Of a stretch of DNA of 64,000 nt, positions 60,445 to 64,000 are shown one piece after another. The position numbers and the translations under genes are program-made. The stretch's first letter is position 1; each line of letters begins with the position of its first letter. The notes beneath the pieces are model-generated. The model did not search any database. It was not told the origin of the DNA and saw only the letters and a program-made list of their open reading frames with translations. Where the stretch lies: contig DDYE01000017.1 of NCBI GenBank assembly GCA_002347855.1, positions 271,685-335,684 on the forward strand, written 5' to 3'. The DNA is from Fidelibacterota bacterium UBA2242 (GTDB taxonomy: Bacteria; Fidelibacterota; UBA2242).

Positions 60445-60825
60445 TCGGCTGTTGTGAAAAATAAATCGCGGCAATATATGAATGACTAAGAATATCTACA
60501 GTTGGATTAATTCAGCAGATAACCGGCAATGAAGAAAATTGTTGGTGAAAGACGAATTAAAGTTTTGGATAAAAAATAGTTGTTAAAAATTACTAAAGGA
60601 TGTATTTTTAGTTAAGATAAGTTTTTCGATATCAGTTGAAAAAGATTTGCACGTGCTGGAAGGAGACCAGACGGAATAATTGAAGTAGAGATGGTTGATT
60701 GAAAAAGGATGCAGCGATCAATAACTATGATTCGGAGCACCTGCGTTGCTAATTGTGAAGAAGGTATTCATGATCCCAAGAGGATGTCTTCGACATAAAA
60801 TCTGCTTATTAAAAGGAGAAAAACT

Positions 60826-61125
60826 GTGACGAAAGCCGATATAGTCGATATTGTTTCGCGTGCTACAGGTTTGACTAAGGTTGATACAGAAGCGGCTCTG
60901 GAAGGATTCATTACGACGATTATCGAGGCATTACAGCGTGGTGAACGCGTTGATTTTCGAGGATTTGGTAGTTTTTATTTGAAAGTGCGTAAGCCTAAAA
61001 AAGCCCGTAATCTCGGAACCGGTGTGGAAATATGCTTACCAGAACGAACTGTGCCGGTTTTTAAACCTTCGAAACTCTTAAAAGCCAGTATTAATCAGGA
61101 AATTACTTATAGTCAGTCACTTTAA
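60826..61125 (+). CDS. hup: HU/IHF-family DNA-binding protein (GTG start)
   Basis: MTKADIVDIVSRATGLTKVDTEAALEGFITTIIEAL...GFGSFYLKVRKPKKARN is the HU fold. Confidence 0.85.
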   Translation: MTKADIVDIVSRATGLTKVDTEAALEGFITTIIEALQRGERVDFRGFGSFYLKVRKPKKARNLGTGVEICLPERTVPVFKPSKLLKASINQEITYSQSL

Positions 61126-61152
61126 TATTTACCGAAGAAGGAGTATTAATTT

Positions 61153-61248
61153 ATGCCTTGTGGAAAGAAGCGTAAAAGAAGAAAGATTGCGACTCATAAA
61201 CGCAAAAAAAGGCTCAGGAGAGACCGTCATAAAAAGAAAATCAGATAG
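61153..61248 (+). CDS. Small basic protein, bS22-like (DUF1713/mS38-related) putative ribosomal protein; below the ORF-track size cutoff
   Basis: The 31-aa peptide is MPCGKKRKRRKIATHKRKKRLRRDRHKKKIR. It resembles the mycobacterial/Bacteroidota bS22 pattern KKRRKRM.KKKHRKLLKR.R. An AAGGAG RBS lies 7 nt upstream. It is followed by a strong terminator. Confidence 0.5.
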   Translation: MPCGKKRKRRKIATHKRKKRLRRDRHKKKIR

Positions 61249-61264
61249 TTAAAACTTCCAGAGG

Positions 61265-61304
61265 GGGGTGGTGATGACAACCAGTCTTCACCACCTCTTT
61301 TTTT
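61265..61304 (+). terminator. Rho-independent terminator after hup/bS22-like genes
   Basis: Stem ggtggtga/tcaccacc is extended by G-U and G-C pairs. The loop is 13 nt. T7 abuts the xseA ATG. Confidence 0.6.
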
Positions 61305-62540
61305 ATGGACGAGCATATATTTACAGTTTCTGAAATTGCCCAGGAAGTCAGGCGGGTCATTGAGCGATTCATTGCGCCGGTCTGGATAAAGGGTGAGGTG
61401 TCGAATTTTAGCGTCAGTCGGTCAGGGCATATCTATTTTTCCCTTAAGGACCAGCAAGCGCTAATCAATTGCGTCATCTGGCGCAATATCGCTTGTTCAA
61501 TTCCTTTCCAAATCAATAATGGCATGCAATTGTTGGTCTTCGGCGCTGTTACGACTTATGCCCCTCAATCACAGTATCAGGTTAATGTTCAGAAAGTGCG
61601 TCCGGCTGGTTTAGGTGACCTCCACTTGGCTTTTGAAGCGCTGAAGAAAAAATTAGCTGCAGAAGGACTTTTTGCCCAGGAACGAAAACGCCCTATCCCA
61701 GCTTTTCCTGAAAGAGTTGGCTTAATTACCAGTCCGAGTGGCGCGGCGGTCAATGATTTCTTAAAAATCAGCGAACGACGCAATCCTTCCATTGCGATTT
61801 ACATCTATCCGGCTCAGGTGCAGGGTGAGGGTGCCGCCGAGACAATTATCAAGGGAATTGAGTACTTTAATGCTAATAGGGCAGTGGATTTTATTGTACT
61901 GGCACGGGGCGGTGGTTCATTGGAAGATTTGTGGGCATTCAATGAAGAAAAATTAGTGCGGGCGATTGCCGCTTCTGCGCTTCCCGTAGTTAGTGCCGTA
62001 GGACACGAAGTTGATTTCAATTTATCCGATTTTGTAGCAGATTTACGGGCACCAACGCCCTCCGCAGCCGCGGAATTAGTCATTCCAGACCGGGTACAAA
62101 TTATTACCCGTATTGGATTGTTGAAGAACGCTTTTTGTAAAGTAGTTACGGAGCGATTGACAAACCAGCAGACTCTCCGCCTGCATTATTTAAAAAGATT
62201 GCAGCTTTACCGTCCTTTAAGTTTATTGCAACAGCGTCGTCAACGACTGGATGAATTGGAAATTCGCCTCCTGCAAGCAGTAAAGAATCTGCTTGCCAGT
62301 CGAGCAGCTCAATTGGAAGGGTTCATCCATACTTTTGCTGCTTTAGACCCACGAGCAATCCTGAAAAGGGGATACGCTATTGTCTATCATCTGCCCGAAG
62401 AAGAAATGATTAAGACTGTGCAGGCTGTAAAACCTCAAAGTTCAGTTGCGGTTGAGCTTTTTGATGGAAAGTTTTCCGCGCTGGTTGAAAAAATAATGCA
62501 AAAAAATCAAAAGAATAAAAGGAGTCCTCGCAATGGCTAA
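61305..62540 (+). CDS. xseA: Exodeoxyribonuclease VII large subunit
   Basis: An N-terminal OB fold (FTVSEIAQEVRRVIERFIAPVWIKGEVSNF) and catalytic core. Overlaps xseB. Confidence 0.9.
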   Translation: MDEHIFTVSEIAQEVRRVIERFIAPVWIKGEVSNFSVSRSGHIYFSLKDQQALINCVIWRNIACSIPFQINNGMQLLVFGAVTTYAPQSQYQVNVQKVRPAGLGDLHLAFEALKKKLAAEGLFAQERKRPIPAFPERVGLITSPSGAAVNDFLKISERRNPSIAIYIYPAQVQGEGAAETIIKGIEYFNANRAVDFIVLARGGGSLEDLWAFNEEKLVRAIAASALPVVSAVGHEVDFNLSDFVADLRAPTPSAAAELVIPDRVQIITRIGLLKNAFCKVVTERLTNQQTLRLHYLKRLQLYRPLSLLQQRRQRLDELEIRLLQAVKNLLASRAAQLEGFIHTFAALDPRAILKRGYAIVYHLPEEEMIKTVQAVKPQSSVAVELFDGKFSALVEKIMQKNQKNKRSPRNG

Positions 62541-62760
62541 AAAAACCTTTGCTTTAGAAAAAGCCTTACAGCGGATGGAGGAAATCTTACGCGTTTTAGA
62601 GTCGGGCGAGAAGGATCTGGATGAGTCTATCCGTCTTTTTGAAGAAGGAATGCGGCTGGCAAATGAGTGTCAGGTTCATTTACAAGCCCTGGAGCAACGC
62701 GTAAAAATCATCAGCGAGCAAGAGAATAGTGCCTTTGCCACTGAAGTAGCCAAGGAGTAA
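62533..62760 (+). CDS. xseB: Exodeoxyribonuclease VII small subunit
   Basis: FEKALQRMEEILRVLESGEKDLDESIRLFEEGMRL is the XseB helical-hairpin signature. Confidence 0.8.
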   Translation: MAKKTFALEKALQRMEEILRVLESGEKDLDESIRLFEEGMRLANECQVHLQALEQRVKIISEQENSAFATEVAKE

Positions 62761-62766
62761 AGCCAA

Positions 62767-63636
62767 ATGAGAATTGGTTTGTGGTTAACTCCGCGACATG
62801 ATGCACTTACTGAGATTTTGCCGGACATTATTCAATTTTTAGAGAAAAATCATCAGGAAATTATCCTGAACGATGTCACCTGGCGAAATGTCTTTTCGGG
62901 GGAATCAATCAAGTTTGTAACGACTGCCGATTTACCGCAGCAAATAGATGCGCTCTTTAGCATAGGTGGGGACGGTACTTTTTTAAGCGCATCGCGTCTA
63001 ATGGCGCGGAGCGGCAAGCCTGTTCTTGGCATTCACCTCGGTGGCTTAGGCTTTCTGGCTGATGTTTCCTTTGAAAATTACACCGAACGACTCGCAGCTT
63101 TTTTAAGAGGTGAATATTCGATCGAAGAGCGTAATGTTTTGGCAGTACGAACTATTTTCCCCGAAAAAGTGCTGGCGAATTTTGCCTTTAATGATATCGT
63201 GATAGATAGAGGACGGGTCTCGACGACGATAAAAATTCGTACTTTTGTCAACGGGGATTTTTTAAACACTTATCGAGCGGATGGAATCATCATCGCTTCT
63301 CCTACAGGATCTACGGCTTATTCTCTTTCTGCCGGCGGTCCGATTATCTCGCCTGAATTAAATGTTTTCGTCATCAGTCCGATTTGTCCCCATAGTCTTT
63401 CGGTTAGACCTGTAGTAATATCGGCTGATAGTGTCGTAAGTATCGATTGCAGTGAATTGGCGCCCGATGTTAGCCTGGTTATGGACGGACAGGAGCGTCA
63501 GGTTTTAGAAAGAGCAGAGCGGGTAGAAATTCAAAAAGCTGACTTTACCTTGCCGGTCGTGCGTTTTCCCGGCGACTCCTTTTTCCATACCTTACGCACC
63601 AAGTTGAATTGGGGCAGGGATATTCGTGGGAATTGA
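62767..63636 (+). CDS. nadK: NAD kinase
   Basis: Carries the GGDGT motif and NDIVIDRG. ASPTGSTAYSLSAGGPI is the NE/DGS motif region. Confidence 0.85.
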   Translation: MRIGLWLTPRHDALTEILPDIIQFLEKNHQEIILNDVTWRNVFSGESIKFVTTADLPQQIDALFSIGGDGTFLSASRLMARSGKPVLGIHLGGLGFLADVSFENYTERLAAFLRGEYSIEERNVLAVRTIFPEKVLANFAFNDIVIDRGRVSTTIKIRTFVNGDFLNTYRADGIIIASPTGSTAYSLSAGGPIISPELNVFVISPICPHSLSVRPVVISADSVVSIDCSELAPDVSLVMDGQERQVLERAERVEIQKADFTLPVVRFPGDSFFHTLRTKLNWGRDIRGN

Positions 63637-63675
63637 ATTGCAACGCGTCATTAAATCTAAACAATTGAGGAAAGC

Positions 63676-64000
63676 ATGGAAACCAATAATCAAACTGAAG
63701 GAATTTACCCAAAAAATATCGCCCTGGTAGCTCATGATAATAAAAAGGATGACCTTTTAGAGTGGGTTAAATTCAATGTTGGGACTCTGAAAAAACATCA
63801 CCTGATTGCGACGGGCACTACCGGTCGTCTTCTCGAAAAAACTTTGCAGTTGAAAATTCAAAAGCTGCAAAGTGGTCCGCTGGGGGGTGATTTGCAATTA
63901 GGAGCATATATTGCCCAACAAAAGATTGATTTGCTGATTTTTTTCTGGGATCCTCTGGAAGCTCAACCTCATGACCCCGATATCAAAGCCCTGCTCAGAA
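63676..64000 (+). CDS. mgsA: Methylglyoxal synthase (3' partial, runs off window)
   Basis: [39 protein letters not shown] is the MgsA signature. Confidence 0.75.
   Translation, partial: METNNQTEGIYPKNIALVAHDNKKDDLLEWVKFNVGTLKKHHLIATGTTGRLLEKTLQLKIQKLQSGPLGGDLQLGAYIAQQKIDLLIFFWDPLEAQPHDPDIKALLR

Noticed and set aside
60445-60825. 381-bp spacer upstream of hup, scanned for an sRNA or small ORF
   Set aside because: Only a 16-codon ORF (MKKIVGERRIKVLDKK) with no RBS or conservation cue. No convincing structured-RNA hallmarks by eye. Left unannotated.

Overview
This 64-kb window is a chromosomal segment of a Gram-negative (diderm) bacterium, probably an FCB-superphylum or Bacteroidota-like, possibly uncultivated lineage. 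The lineage call rests on a short 288-aa primary sigma factor lacking region 1.1, a bS22-like mini ribosomal protein, a LapA/LapB pair, and a TonB-dependent receptor with a CarboxypepD_reg N-domain. GC is moderate and coding is dense, almost all on the + strand.

The first half is housekeeping: an FtsX C-terminus; a degraded IS481-family transposase abutting the conserved ffh-rpsP-KH-rimM-trmD-rplS operon; groES/groEL; an rpoD-like sigma; an M23 peptidase; miaB; lapA-lapB; a SPOR protein; polA; an ABC transporter; alr; cmk-rpsA; and tsaD.

A 318-bp gap (14565-14882) holds two structured RNAs. One is a predicted tRNA-Sec (selC, anticodon UCA, long variable arm). The other is a textbook TPP (THI-box) riboswitch immediately upstream of a TonB-dependent outer-membrane receptor.

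The second half is dominated by a ~22-kb Wzx/Wzy-dependent polysaccharide locus (31.6-54.0 kb). It encodes ugd, rfbB, wza, wzz, wzx, GT2, wzy, GT4, a bi-domain Zn-ADH/Gfo-Idh-MocA oxidoreductase, a heparinase II/III-like protein, a second GT4, and a PglD/PglE/PglC-like amino-sugar module. It ends in an 861-aa polypeptide that fuses a complete WecA/MraY-type phosphoglycosyltransferase to a complete WbaP-type one, which is unusual.

Downstream are serS, a class II aldolase, plsC, a DUF2851 protein, rfaE domain II, mltD with LysM repeats, HU, an unlisted 31-aa bS22-like ORF, xseA/xseB, nadK and a partial mgsA.

I found no CRISPR array, rRNA or obvious defence island.
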